From positions 1,761,817 to 1,825,816 of the forward strand of contig CAVNZM010000013.1 in assembly GCA_963693365.1 (NCBI GenBank): DNA of 64,000 nt. Reading direction: 5' to 3'. Shown one piece after another: positions 1 through 28,238 of the stretch. Each line of letters begins with the position of its first letter. Position 1 is the stretch's first letter. The DNA is from Amoebidium appalachense (taxonomy: Eukaryota > Protista > Ichthyosporea). The notes under the pieces were generated by a model. The model saw only the letters and a program-made list of their open reading frames with translations. It was not told the origin of the DNA and ran no database searches. The position numbers were made by a program, and so were the translations under genes.

Positions 1-445
1 ATAAGGGGGGACAAAATTTTCTTCGTGATAAACTCTCAATCAAATGAAACTTTTTTATAACTTGATAATATTTTTGCGTGATAATGCTGCAATCGTCTAC
101 GTAGAATGTTCTGATTGACTTTCAGGTTGGTGCGTACAGTTTTGTTGACCCAATGGCAAAATGGTAATATCAGTGTGCTATCACCGGCTCCTGATTCGCC
201 AGCTGACATGAGTGCAGGTTTAGCGAGAAGCTATCACCGTGATATTACGGGGTTTACGCTGTTTACTCGAGGCAAAGAGAACCAGTCTCAGGTATGGGGG
301 GGGGGGGGGTTTGCTCGGAATATCCCCTCAGCGGTATATCATGATCACGTACATAGATGTCGGGTGGTGACTATATATCAGGGTTTACTTTCTCTACGAG
401 ACACCATAAAGACTACAAGGAGAAATCAATTAGTTGGGGTTCCCC

Positions 446-446
<1 letters not shown>

Positions 447-483
<37 letters not shown>

Positions 484-515
484 GGGCTCCCCTCGGGACA
501 CTCGGTATCAGCTGG

Positions 516-574
<59 letters not shown>

Positions 575-1766
575 TGTGTGTGTGTGCGCGTGCGCTATAA
601 TTTTGTAGTGATGTGTTTCTCAAGCCAATCAATACATCTAATAAACAGGTCGTAGTTACGCGTGTTTAGTATAAAATCAAGGATGTTGTAATTTACAGGT
701 AGGCTATCTTTCTGGGTGTCTGTTGTGAATGTGACGTGTGTGTGTTGCGGTATTATGTGGTCTATCAAACTACATTTGGCGATACATGACCGGTTAAACT
801 GGTGTGTGTGTGTGTTGTTTGGGCATGCAAATGATGCCACCTTATACTTATTAGATCTCCACTGTATAGCACGTGTACAGTAAAAGCGTGGTAATTGATC
901 AATAATACCATCAGCTAGAGAAAGACCAGTTCTACAGGAAGGTAATATGTATTTAGGTGTTATACACTTGCGAGTGCCATATTTGGCAATATGGTTGAGG
1001 CGGTCAGTATATATAAAACGAGACATAAGGCTTAGTTTTTCAAGGTGTATGCTTTCATCGGGTCTAGTGTCGTGTGGTATCTTTTTCCATTTGTTATATT
1101 GCGTGATTATCTTGTGATTGTGTACATGTTTAATAAGTAAGTGGCAGTCCAAAGTCACACACACACTATTGCGGGGTTTATTTGTATTTGTGCCCAGGGG
1201 AGAAGGGGAGAGAGAGGGGAGGAAAGAGGGGAGAGGTGAGGAGGGGACAGGTCGGATAGAGAAGAGAGGGTGGGAGGGCAAATACTTCTTTAAGCGGCTT
1301 ATGTGCTTATTGAATTTCAGCGCGAGATAGGATACTCTAGCAGCTATTGGGACCAGACCATATATCGAGAGCGTTACAGGCCCAGGTTTACAACAGTTGT
1401 TAGATAGAAAGGAGGCAACTTCTGCTTCAAGGAAATTTGCCAAGGGTTTAAGCGCTCTAGTTCTCTCTTTCTTGATCCAAGCGGCGAGAAGGGGTAAACC
1501 ATATTCACATGCCGGGAAGACAAAAGTGCGAATAAATGTAAGTCTAATAGAAGGATGGAGGGGTGTGTCTTTAAAAATATTAGCCGAGAAGAAAGCTAAC
1601 CGCTTACGAGCCAACTCTACCCTCTTTTCGACCATATGGGGAAACATAACACCAACAGAATCAACCGGAACACCAAGATATTTGTATTCTGGAACTATAG
1701 GTACAGGTTTAGATGATAATGTAAATGTGTGTAAATTGTTAGCTGATATTACGATCATATCACAGA
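447..1766 (-). mobile_element. 5'-truncated non-LTR retrotransposon (LINE) with poly(A) tail
   Basis: ORF 595-1758 starts at the end of an RT domain (CDMIVIS...EYKYLGV) and continues with the typical thumb region (FIRTFVFPACEYGL) and a Cys/His C-terminus. It is followed by a short (CA)n-containing 3' UTR and a 33-nt poly(A) (T447-479 on +). No TSD found. Confidence 0.85.
595..1758 (-). pseudogene. C-terminal remnant of LINE ORF2 (RT thumb plus C-terminal region); no catalytic YxDD or endonuclease
   Basis: 387-aa open frame with a YKYLG motif near its start. An in-frame stop lies a few codons upstream of the truncation point. Confidence 0.8.
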
Positions 1767-2323
1767 TCTGTCAACGCGTGAAATTTTCTGACATCGGTGA
1801 TAACCGGTGATAACTGGGAGATACCACGATGATGAGCGATATAGGGTATTTCTGAGATCTGGCGCAGGGGTTTTGGCGCGGAAGCTGCTGATTGGTTGAA
1901 TAGTTCGAGCCCAGGCTGCAGCCTGCCCAGCCGTGAAGAACTCTGAACAGCACCCGAAAAGTGTTTCCCACTGTGTTTCGCTGTTTCTCCCTTGGTGAAA
2001 ACTCCTATATCAGTTACTGTGTTGGTATATAGTTATTTTAGACTCATTGTTTACTCCCGAGGGCTTTTTTTTTTTGTAGCTGAAGATACCCAGCTAAGCT
2101 GGGCGTCTGTGCATTGATTGCTTCTTCTTTCTTCTTCCTTCAGAATCTGTACTTTTCAGGCATCATTTCCGTTTACAATCACGGAAAGGTCGGCAAGAGG
2201 CGAGGCAGGCAGGCATATTGTTATATGTTATTACGCACATATTCATTATAAGCATTTTGTAGATTATAGCTCTCTTTCTCTCTCTCTGGTTTGAGCTCAC
2301 ACGCACAGCATCAGTCGCCAAAA

Positions 2324-7820
<5,497 letters not shown>

Positions 7821-7841
7821 GCACAGAGCACGTGATCACGT

Positions 7842-8062
7842 AATGCCTAAATATGGAAGGTGGCCACCTATGCCTAAATATGGAAGGTGGCCACCTATGC
7901 TTAAATATGGAAGGCGGCCACCTATGCCTATATATGGAAGACGGTCGATTATGTCTAAATATGGAGGGGGGCCACCGATGCCTAGCCTAGATATGGAAGG
8001 TGACCGACCACCTATGCCTAAATATGGAAGGTGACCACCTATGCCTAAATATGGAAGGTGAC
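7842..8062. repeat. Tandem ~27-bp minisatellite (ATGCCTAAATATGGAAGGTGGCCACCT), about 8 degenerate units
   Basis: Directly visible about 20 nt after the SLBP stop codon. Confidence 0.95.
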
Positions 8063-8680
8063 CTAGGACTGCCTATAGCTATCATTAGTAGTGTTTTATC
8101 AGGGGTGAGATGGTGGTGTATGAGCTGTTGTGTGCATGGGTGGATGAGTGGTGCATTTGTAGGAAGAAAGGCCTTTTAAGGGACGGAGGTTGGCGTGTGG
8201 GTGGGTGGGTGGGGAGGGGGGGGCGGGGAGGGGGAGGGGGGGGGGGGGGGGGGGGATGGGGGCTCTAAAGCGTGTGTGCTGCATAAATACAAATGATAAC
8301 TTTTTGAAATGGTTTTTAGAAGGGCGGGTCCCCCTGCACTTAGCAACTTGTAAAAGTCTATGTGACACGTGATAAATCAGCACTTTCCATGTGTGTAAGC
8401 ATCTTAATAACATAATTATTACAAAGGAAGAACTCGATTTAAAAATCGTTTTGTGCCAAAATTGCCAACGTGTCTCGTGGACGAACGTAAAGGAGAAAAG
8501 CCTTTGGGGAAGGGGGGGGGGGGGGGGGGGGGGAGGGGAGGAGGGGGGAAGGGGGGGGGGGAGGGAGGGGGGGTGAGTACATGTGTGCGTATGGGCAGGT
8601 GGAATGGCTAGCTAAGCCTGTTGTTGGGGATGGTGGTGGTATGTGTGTACGTACGTGTTTGTTGTGTGTGTGTGTGTGTG

Positions 8681-8972
8681 TGTAAACATGGTTGTGTATA
8701 TTGTCGGACAGACTACGGGAGTCGCCCCCTGTAGTTAGTCGCGCTTACTGACCAATCAAAATGGTTGGTCGGGAAGCAGCGGCGTTGTCCCACAATCGCA
8801 CGGCGAACTGTCCCCTATAAAAGGCGGCAGTATCAGCCAGATCCAATCAGTTGGGAACATGCCTGGACTCGAATCGATGAGTACCGAGGATAAGATCCCA
8901 TCTCAAGATTGATCAGATCCCATTCTGTAAATGCAATCTGCGCTGCCGGTATGATACACAACCAAATTTACA
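8681..8972 (+). mobile_element. Solo-LTR-like element (292 bp)
   Basis: TG...CA ends and an imperfect terminal inverted repeat (TGTAAAcaTGGTTGTGTAT / ATACACAACCAaaTTTACA). A 5-bp GTGTG direct repeat flanks it, though within a GT run. It has internal CCAAT boxes and TATAAAA (~8816). Confidence 0.7.
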
Positions 8973-10167
8973 GTGTGTCAGTGTCTGTGTGTGCATCTGG
9001 GTACATGGGTGCTTGGTGGGATGTGTGTGTGTACATGTGTGGTTGGGGTTGGATGAGAGGTGGAGAGTGGGGTGGGGTATGGGGTGGGGGGTGATGGCTG
9101 GAATGCATTATTTATTTATTTATTTTTTTTTTTTTTGGGGGGGGGGGGTACCTAGAACACGTGTAAATGACTGCCCTTTCATTTATTAATATGGGAAGAT
9201 GTTTAATCAGATATCAATATTGCGGATATGCAGTAAAATGCTTTCTCCTTTATTTGGATATTCAGTAGCTATAATATTCAGTAGATATAACACTTAGTAT
9301 GATTATAACACTCAGTAGATATAACAAAATGTATTAACCCTACTGCCACTTTCAGTGACATGTGTGACTTCAAAGCATCATAGAACACCATTCTACCTTG
9401 CATCGAGATTACTAAACGCATTAAAACTTAAAATGTTATAGTACCAACCGGGTCACACATCATACAGATCACCACTGTGACTTTAAGTGCAGCGCCGCAG
9501 AGTACGACACTACTAAAGCCTCCGTAGGTTACGTATACTTTATTTAGACCACTGCTATTCATGGTTATAACTATGCGGTAAATATATCAAGCCTCGTTCA
9601 CCTGATCGCAAAGTATGCGCGTATACAATTCGATCACCTTCATACACTACTATCGACATCACCAATCTCATGATGTTTCTATCAACACTTTGATTTTGAT
9701 TATGCATCTCCGTTGCTCTGTGTGTGGTGTGTGTGTGTGTCATGTGCGTGTGTGCGAGCGTATGTGTGCCCGCGTGTGTGTGCATGTGGAGTATGTGTGT
9801 GTGGAAACTTGTGTCGCTGCACTAGAAAACACAAAAACAACACCCCTCCCCTCCCCCCCCCCCACGCCCCCAGTCCCTCCCCCTCCCCCTCCCCCCCCCC
9901 CCCCCCCCCCCCCCCCCTCAAAAAAAAAAAAAAAAAAAAAAGAAATAAGGAAAAAACCCCTTTAATCCAAAAAGGAAATGAAACAACACTCAAAACATCC
10001 CCGAAGAACTGGGAGTAGAGAACAATAATATATCATGAACTATATCCATTTTTATCAAACCGTCAAAATCTCATGTCCAAAGAACGTGGCTCCGAGTACG
10101 TCGACGCGTCTCACCAAACCAAGAAAAGTATAACCCGATTAGATATCACCAATTAAGGTAGTCCGAT

Positions 10168-10706
10168 TTAGATCTCATCGTTAGCATTGGACGCTTTTGC
10201 GCTTGGAGGGGGCAGGGTAGGGGCACCCAGACATGCGGCCGGGCCCTTGAGGACTATCGACATGACAGACTCCCACGTGCTTGCCTGCTGAATCTGACCA
10301 ATCAGAGCACTGCGCAAACTACCGGATGGCACCTGATTGGGCCGAAATCACGTGAGGATGGTAAAAAAAAAAGATTAAGGGGAATAAGACTGGGCATAAC
10401 AAACATCTGGCACATATTGCAGGCTACAGAGTTGAACTCGGCAGGGTGGAATGGTGGAAAGGTGGGTGGGTGGTGGGTTGGTGTGAGTGTATGTGCAATG
10501 TGTGCGCCAGTGTGCTCATGTACAACAAGCGTGTAAATGTTTATTTGTTGTAAAGTGGGGTCTGAGGATGAGGAGGAGGTCGGGAGGGGAGCCCGGGGGG
10601 AAAACGGGGGGGGGGGGGGGGGGGAGGGGGGGAGGGGGGAGGGGGGTGCTTGAAAGGCTTCTATCTTGTTGATTTTGCATGCCTGTGTGTGGTGGTGGTG
10701 TTTGGG

Positions 10707-10764
<58 letters not shown>

Positions 10765-11968
10765 GGGGGGGGAAGGGGAGGAGGCAACACACCTCCATCT
10801 GTACTCTCTTTGCAGCTTCGGCCGGACGTTGGGGCACCGACCGAAACGTCACACTCGTTTCCATTGGCTTAGGCAGGTCCGACTCCCCCGGGCTCCGTTC
10901 GATCGGCGTAATCGGACGAGACGTTGTTTCCTTATTTGGGGATACTCCGGTAGATCGGGAAAAGGCCCTATTGGTAGAATTCTGTGTCGTTAAGGGATTT
11001 GATTGGTTGCTGAACCCGTTCACCCGCAACGTTGCGCCCTGACGTAAGGCGGTCTCAGCTGCATGCTTTATGCTCACCGGAAGACTTTGCATGTTGGTTT
11101 TTAGGCTACCCCCGTGGTATTGGTGCTGTCGCCGGTCCTCGATTTGCGTTTTACGGAGAGAATCTTCCGTTTTTTCGCCGGTTTCACGGTTTCCCTTAAA
11201 CCCGCTCATGACGAAATTCAAGCCCCCATTCTGGGCCGGTGCTTCCGTTCCCTTGTTGTTCACCTCAGACTGTCTTACACGCTCACGATCCATCATAAAA
11301 CCTCGCGATTGCATCTGATCGACCGACTTCGATTTGGCGGAATTCCGCAACTCTATGTGCTCGATCGATTCCGATCTGGCGGAATTTCGCGATTGGATCT
11401 GATCGATCGAGTCCGATTTCGTGGTCCTTTGGGCCTGCACCACCCTGCTCACCAAGTTAGCCACCAGACTCTGCGTCGCATGATTACTTGACGACCCAGC
11501 CGTCGATCTAATCGGAAGCCGATCCGCGCTCACGGATTTACCAATTTGGGCAACTTTCTGCGCCGTCTGATTGGCCGAATATTCAGCCTCGTCCGTTTCG
11601 CCCTCCTCCGTTACCGTTCCACGCAATTGGATGGCCGCGGCCATTGCCCGTGCGGGAGCCCTGACTTTCGACGAATGATACACCTGCTGCCCTGATTGGG
11701 TCTTTTCCTCGTGGGTTTTCTTTGGGTTTCTGGAAAGCGCCGGAACACTCGTGAACGTAGGAGGGGCAGCCGGGGGTGGTGCGGCAGGAGCCACGGAAGG
11801 CATAGCAGCGTCTACTGCCGGATTTTCGGTGGTTGTGCATGAAGTGGATTTGGGAGTGGGGATGTTCGATTTGGAGGTGGGGATGTTCGGTCTCTGGGGT
11901 GGAACTGGTCGGGGCGGTGGTACGGGTCGGGTCGGGTAGTTGGGTAGGGTCGACCTCATGGCGGCCAT
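10168..11968 (-). CDS. Hypothetical intrinsically disordered P/S/T/Q-rich protein (~446 aa); exons 11968-10793 and 10332-10168
   Basis: Long non-repetitive ORF with a strong Kozak context (gccaccaccATGG), donor GAG|gtgtgt, and a phase-0 acceptor leading to VPSGSLRSALIGQIQ...NDEI*. It has an internal ~13-aa repeat x3. Upstream exons are possible. Confidence 0.65.
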
Positions 11969-12077
11969 GGTGGTGGCTTGGGTGGGTGCCCATGGTGCAC
12001 GCTCGGCTGTGTGTGTGTGCGTGTGGTTGGGTGGGTGGGTGTTTTTTTTTTTTGTTTTTTTTTGTTTTTTTTTGGGT

Positions 12078-12163
<86 letters not shown>

Positions 12164-12300
12164 GGGGAGGGGTAAGTGCCCTGTACAATCACCAAAACCA
12201 CAACAGCCCTCCACCTGACCCTCAATTCCTTCGTTGTGTCTCTGTTAATCCGTCTAAGGCATTTTTCACCCAGGATCCATTTCGAACTGCAACCCAACCA

Positions 12301-12401
<101 letters not shown>

Positions 12402-12938
12402 ATCCTTCCACCGACATCTGACCAATTAGTCACAAACAGTTAGTTAAATCTTAAACTGGAATTGCGGATCCAATCAAACGGCTTAGGTTTTTAAATTGGA
12501 ATTGCGGATCCAATCGGTTCATATGACTTTGGATAACCTGATTCCTGCTTGCGTCCAATCAATCGATCGACGGCGCTGAGCCGGCTCCACCTGATTCGTT
12601 TGAGCCAGAGTAATACAAACACATTCACCTTGAAGCAACGAAGCCGTCGCTATCAGAGGGAAGACCCAAAACATTCAAAAACCACATATTATACATATAT
12701 GTAAACCACACATCATGTTTTCAACAATCTTTTTATATAATATATTTGTTTGTTTATATTTGGCTGTTTTTGTGCAATAAATGCATATTAATAGGGCATT
12801 AAAAAAGTGCCGCTTGTGCACGCCATGATTTTGCGCTGAAGCCAATTTCTGTTGCCCTACTCTCAAAAAACGGCTTGATCGGATTGACGGAAATGGAAGG
12901 AGATCGGAATGCAGCCAAACCCGGTCCCGGCGTTGTGA

Positions 12939-15482
<2,544 letters not shown>

Positions 15483-18173
15483 TTTGCTGGCTCCTAGAAT
15501 TTACCGGTGTGCAACTGCTACGAGTCTACCGATTTTTGTTTTCCGAAAAAAGAAAAGACGATATTCCAGGAACCCGTGCTCGAATAACCGTGATCGACAG
15601 AGACGAAATATGGTTGCGAACACGCGAGGTAGGTAGAGGGACCAAAGAAAGAATTAACTGACCCACAGAGGGGAAAGGCTGAGATGTTGTCACTGCTGGG
15701 AGATAGGTGGTGTTAGTGTTACAGATGTGTTTGAATGCTGATGTTCATGATATCATGAGTAAATGACCTAGTATGTAGTAATTCATGCTGAGTTTCGTGA
15801 GTGTCCCCAATTCAGTGGAATTTTGTGTGGATGCCGCTTGTGTGTGTGTGCAGTGTGTCCGGATGTAAGTGCGTGTGTATGCTTGATGGGATTGGAGGAG
15901 TGGTGGTGTTCGCACACGCACACATGTGTGTGGTGGGTGTGTGCAGTACTGGTCGGCGGGGACGGACGTGTGTGTCTGCATGTGTGTGCGTGCGTGTGTG
16001 TGTGCGTGCATGCATGCGTGCGTGCGTGCATGCATGCGTGCATGACGTGCATGCGTGCGTGCGTGACGTGCACTTGCGCGCGCGTATGTGTGTGTGTACG
16101 TGTGGGTTCGTGTGTGTGTGCAGCTCCCAAAACACATATAGTGGAACATGTTTACGGCAGTGAGTTTTACGAAGACTATCAATAGGAAACTCAATAACTT
16201 CGGTTACTCAAAAAAGTTTTTACAGCCGCTTGCGCATGTTAACACAGCTGATACAAAGCTGTATCCGCACGCACTAAATACGAAAACCACTTACCAGCAC
16301 CGACATGGTGGTTGTCCCGCCGTTCCCAGTTGCCAAAAGTACAAAAAAATATATTAAAATGTAAATATAAAAGATCCTTTTTGGTGTCGACACGTGTACG
16401 TACGTGCTACTACCAACACGGTTTCCGCAGGCACAAATATTCGTCCAAATTCGAAGTTCCTTTTTGCTCCGTGCTTGATTATATATCATGCCGTGTGACG
16501 AGGATGTGTCAAAGCCCTATTAGTAGCGAAGAAACAACGACGACAATTCAACGGGATGTCATGCATATGTGTCACACATTGGATGAAGCCTTGCACCCCA
16601 AAAAGTTGTCCGAATCGAACTGTCTAGCTTGGCCAAGCCCGAACAAAAACACCCTGATAACGGTCAACGGGATTTTCAAGAAACGGCTACCTAGGGCAGG
16701 TTTTTTATGCACTCTACCAATCGAGTAAAGCAAAGCGAACAAAAGCTATTCTCCTCTCCTTTCCTCGGTAGTCTGGGGAGTGCATGTGTGTATAGTAAGT
16801 GTGTGCGTATACACCACGAGTCTGTTTGCTTCTGCAAGATCTGTCGCAGTCATCACACGGTCATGATGCCCAGCCGCCCTGTTGACGGCCTGGCATGCAC
16901 TGCATCAATTACTGGCGTGATTCTAAAGCCGATTAGTCCCATGGGCACGGCAAGGCTTTCTGCTGAGGATTGTTACTTCGAGCAGAAGAAATCTGTAATT
17001 CTGGATGTCTGGATAATAAATATTTTTGAAAAGACACACTTTATTTTATATACCTGTTTACTATTTTATTTATTTAGTTATAGACAAGAAATAGCACAGA
17101 GACCGTCGGCAAGCCTAATGGCAAAAGATTAGTAGCCTTGAGATTAATTTTTATTTTTTTTACCGGGCCAGAATAGATTTTAAATTGTGTATGATTGGTC
17201 TCTGGTTTATTTTAGCTGTGTCCGTGTTTTAGAAAAACGGTACGCCCGTTTCGATTGGTTAGCTCAAACCCCTCAACCAATCATAATCCTGACACTGGAA
17301 AAAGAGTCACCCTAGATAAATGCGAATTTCGAATGGAAAGCTCAATCGCAAATGCGGAAATGCAAATATTATTCATAGGCAGCTTAGGCATTTATCCTAG
17401 ACTTCAATGAAGGCCCCGCGTAACAATGTACACATTGTAACAAAACTATGTCAAATCAATTGTGTTTTACTTTTTTGAAATTATTGATATTGCGTAGAAC
17501 AAGGTACCCAGGATTTCACACCTCTGTATTGAATGCTGAAAGTTCAGATTGAAAATTTTTAAGGGGTATAGAGGACTTCCAAGAACATTCCAGCTTGCTT
17601 TGTATACATCTGTTGCATTCTGCAATATATGTACCAACATCTGTTGCATTCTGCAATATATGTACCATACTGGCAAACGGTGACTATACATGGTGTAAAA
17701 GCGAGAAAAAGCAACTAATATCGTTGCAATCCACCCATATTCCTTTTACATGTTAATAAGCCTCTTTTTCTTTTGAATCTATCGATATGATATGATATAA
17801 CGGAGCCTCGTCGGAGTCGTCGCTCCACATGTATCAACGCGATCGCGAATCATTTTCAACACAACCACGTCTCTGCCCACAACCCCCCAGCAAGCTCGCC
17901 CAGCAAGTGCTGGTGATAGCCGCTGTGGCTTACAGCAAGCTTTTCAGCACAGATAATACTTAAATGGGTCGAAAGTGGCTGAACATAACGCCGTTTAACT
18001 GACGCATTTGCGTTCCCCTGCGTTCCCGTGCGCTCCCGTGCGTTTCACGGGCACCTTGATTGGGGATGCGACATTCGATCCAGAATTCTAAGGGTCCAAG
18101 TGGTCACACGCATGCAGCCACCCGGTGACTCTCACAACAGACGCGCACACACACGCACGCACGCACACGCACA

Positions 18174-18284
<111 letters not shown>

Positions 18285-20495
18285 CACACACACACACACG
18301 CGCGCGCACCCGACACATTCAACAACAAAAAAAAACAAAAAAAAAAGGAAGAAAGGGACTCCCATGTCCACCCACTTGCGACGGCCATGTCACACCACAA
18401 CGCACAACGCACACACAAACACATACAAGCACACACACACACTCAAACACACACACACACACGCACGCACGCACGCACATACACATACACACATATGCAT
18501 ACACACACGCACACACATACAGCGAACAAGTGCACACGCACACACGAACACACAACACACGCACACGACACACACGTGCACAAACACAAACACCGTACGG
18601 CTCACACCCACACCCGCACACACGCGCGCGGACGCATAAATTTTGAATATAATTATTGGATCTTTAATATGATCAAAAGTCTTGCTACATACCGCTCTCG
18701 GCGGAGTAAACCAGGTAAACACCAGCTGCGCAGCTCCGGCCATGGGCCTAAGCTACCACTATCATATTGATATGCTTTGGTTAAATAGCAACTGTGGTGC
18801 AAACTGAGCATGTGAAACAGATACGGCCACGGCTGAACGACTAATCACGTACTTTCTCCGCTGCGGCACATACATACACACGCACACACGCACACACGGA
18901 GTGCCACACACTTGGCACATGCACACATGCACACACGCACACACACACACAAATACACACACGCACCCACCCACAAAAACACACGAGCGCACACGCAGCA
19001 CACACACATGGTATCACTAATATTAGTAGGGTACAGACGGTCGTTACTTCAACGATACCGTTACTATATATAGTGGAAGACTCCTCCGGGGCCCCGGGGA
19101 TCAAATAAAGAAAATAAAAACGAGTAGTAGTATGGCTGCAGAAAATCAGACACCGCTTTGACTCCACCCTGAAATTTTGGCCTTCTCCCCCACCACCATC
19201 ACATTCTCCACCAACTTCTCAAACACAACCCGCCATACATTGAACCCCGTTACATTCATGTTCCACTTTTACCACCCATCCCCCTCCTCCCCCCTCCCCT
19301 CCTCTGCCAGGGTCTCAGAGGCCCCTCTTCAGGCTTCACCCCTCCAAATAATATCATTCAATAACTGTATAAGTCAGCTAGGCCAATCTGCCATGGTGAT
19401 CAATATGTTCAAGTCGACCCTCCTCTGCCGCAAATAAGCGAAGCTCCGGTGATGTCAGAGGGACAAATAACTCTGCAGAGGGGCCCGCTGCCATCACGTG
19501 CTCCCCCCCCACCCCCACCCCCCCTACATCCTCACCCACTCCCCCCCCCCCCCCCCCCCCCCCCCCCGTGGGCCCCGCCTCGAATATCCTCCCCTTACCG
19601 GCCCCCCAACAACAGCAACAACTACTACTACTACTTCGTGGGGAACAGGGTTCGGAGAAGGACGGGACAGGGAGAATTCCCTCCTACGCGCACAAATACT
19701 CAGTATTGTCACTGTGTGCTATGATCACTAACTAGCACACACATACAAGCACCCATTCCGTAGTATGCACCCGTGGACACGTGCACACGTCCCTGATTAC
19801 CCACATATTTGGACTCAATGCGGCCACATGTAGACGTCCAGACATCTTCACAAGCCACAAGGCACACACTCGAAGATCCTAAAATTAGTTCAGTTTTCAG
19901 GACCGGTGGCGGCCCCGCCGAGTGGATGATTCCCGCACCTGGCCCGGATCCCTTTTACGCCAATCAAAGTTAATCACGTTTCCTATTGGCTACATCCGCA
20001 GCCGTCATCTCCATGCATGCATATGCAAGTCTGAATGCAACCACGGCAGCCGGTGGCTGCGAATCGCTATTTTCTGTTTGCAAAATGTGAACCGTTGTCT
20101 ATAGGTTAATAATTTTAATAGTAATAATTGTAATTTTTCTAGAGCCAAGACCTGTTAACAAAGTCATTTCGATGTGCTCAACTCCGCAGCTCAACTCTGC
20201 GGCGAGTCTGCGCTACCGTAGTACCACGGCCCTCTGCCGTGGTAGTACACGTACATTTCAGTCAAGTGACCCACGAGCTCATGTCATTACGTCATTTCAA
20301 AGACACGGTAAGGTTGTTGCATGATCTACTCAAGTGAAAGGAGGCAGTAAATGTTATAACGTTCTCTTTGCGCACAGTTTACCAAATCAAAGCGTTTTCT
20401 TAAATCTGGCTCATGCCGTATTTTCTAGTGCATGCAGTATCCAATCAAAATGTGCTTCGAAAGTGCCCCAAAAAGCTGAGTCTGGGAGTCCGGAG

Positions 20496-20765
20496 CAGGG
20501 GTGGGGGGGTCCGTAAAAGCAGAAGCAGGTCAGGTCGGGTCGGGTCTGACTCCCGACGGGTCTAAAACGGGTCTACCGGTCGGGTCTATAGACTATGTGC
20601 CTCAGCCCAGGGGCCCGCCACGGCGGCCACCCCCTCCCCACCACCCTCTTTGGCCAAACCCGGGACACCGGGTCTGGGGCAAGGCCAATAGGTCAAATCG
20701 GGTCGGGTCGAGTCCAAGCCCCTACGGATCAAGAAACCGGGTCGGGTAGACCCGCCCCAGCCCTG
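20496..20765. mobile_element. hAT-type non-autonomous element / MITE (270 bp)
   Basis: Imperfect TIRs CAGGGGTGGGGGGGTC / GACCCGCCCCAGCCCTG, an 8-bp TSD (GTCCGGAG / CTCCGGAG, one mismatch), and many subterminal GGGTC/GGGTCGGGTC motifs. Confidence 0.8.
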
Positions 20766-21331
20766 CTCCGGAGTCCGGACGTCGACTCCGGCACCCGCGC
20801 GCGGGCCCGGGCAAGTGTTCGGGCGACACGCTCTTTTGTTTTTGTTGGTGGCCACAGGAGATAAAAAGGACAACGCAGAGAGATGTGTCACTCATTTTTC
20901 TCTTTGACAGTTGATTTACAAAATTCTATTAGCGAGGATTCAAAGAAGTATCATCAAAAAAAGAACACGAATCGAAAGAAGAATCATTAGCAAAAGCAAA
21001 AAACGCCCATTCGTCTCAGAAAACCTAAACCTGGACGTGGTACAGAAGCAACGGGTGTGGCAGGAATCTTTCAAAATCATACAGCCATAAGCGTTTATTT
21101 CTTCTATTTCTTACTATTTTTTTTTCCTTTCCTGAAACGACACACTTGTCGGTCTACCTCTACTATAATTATTCTACTGCCAACTTCTATCTTGCACAGC
21201 TATAGTTTTTGTAGTTAGGCCTTCGAATTCTCAACACTTATCCACGGACATATTGGTGCCTCCTGTCTACGTGATCAAACAACAGAGCCAAAGTTTCTTG
21301 TAGTTTTTGACTAGTCGACAACGAATGCAAG

Positions 21332-27579
<6,248 letters not shown>

Positions 27580-27957
27580 ATCTCTTGGTATGTGGCTTAA
27601 ACTCTCTCTCTCTCCCCCCCCCCCCCCCCCCCCAAAAAAAAAAAAAAAAAAAAAACATACCTTATTCCCCCCCCCCCTCCCCCCCCCCCCCCCCCCCCCC
27701 CCCCCCTCTTCTAACCTTCCCTAAAGGAAAAAAAAGACCACACCCTACCCCCGGCGCCTTTAGGCCTTCCCCCGCGCCCTCTCCCCTATCTTCTGCCGTA
27801 ACCCCCCCCCCCCCCACCCACCCTCCAACTCTTTCCTTACTAAAGTAAACGTACGTAACTTGAGCATGCAGGAACCACACCACATTTCCCCCCCCCCCCC
27901 CCCCCCCCCTCCCCCCCAAACACACACACACCAAACACACAAAAAAGAAAGGAAAAA

Positions 27958-27988
<31 letters not shown>

Positions 27989-28169
27989 AGAAAGAAAAAG
28001 AAAAAAGAAAAGAAAAGAAAAGAAAAGAAAAGAAATCAAAGAAAAGCCTTACAGTAGAGGGGAAAATTGGAAAGGGAAAAAAAAAAAAGAAAAAAAAAAA
28101 AAAAAAAAAAAAACAATATTGCCTTTGCTTTTAGAAGTTTTCTTAACCAATCTATTCTAACACTCTATA

Positions 28170-28238
<69 letters not shown>

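Noticed and set aside
7842-8062. CRISPR-like array, or coding repeat MPKYGRWPP
   Set aside because: There are no unique spacers and no cas genes, the context is eukaryotic, and it lies after the SLBP stop codon.
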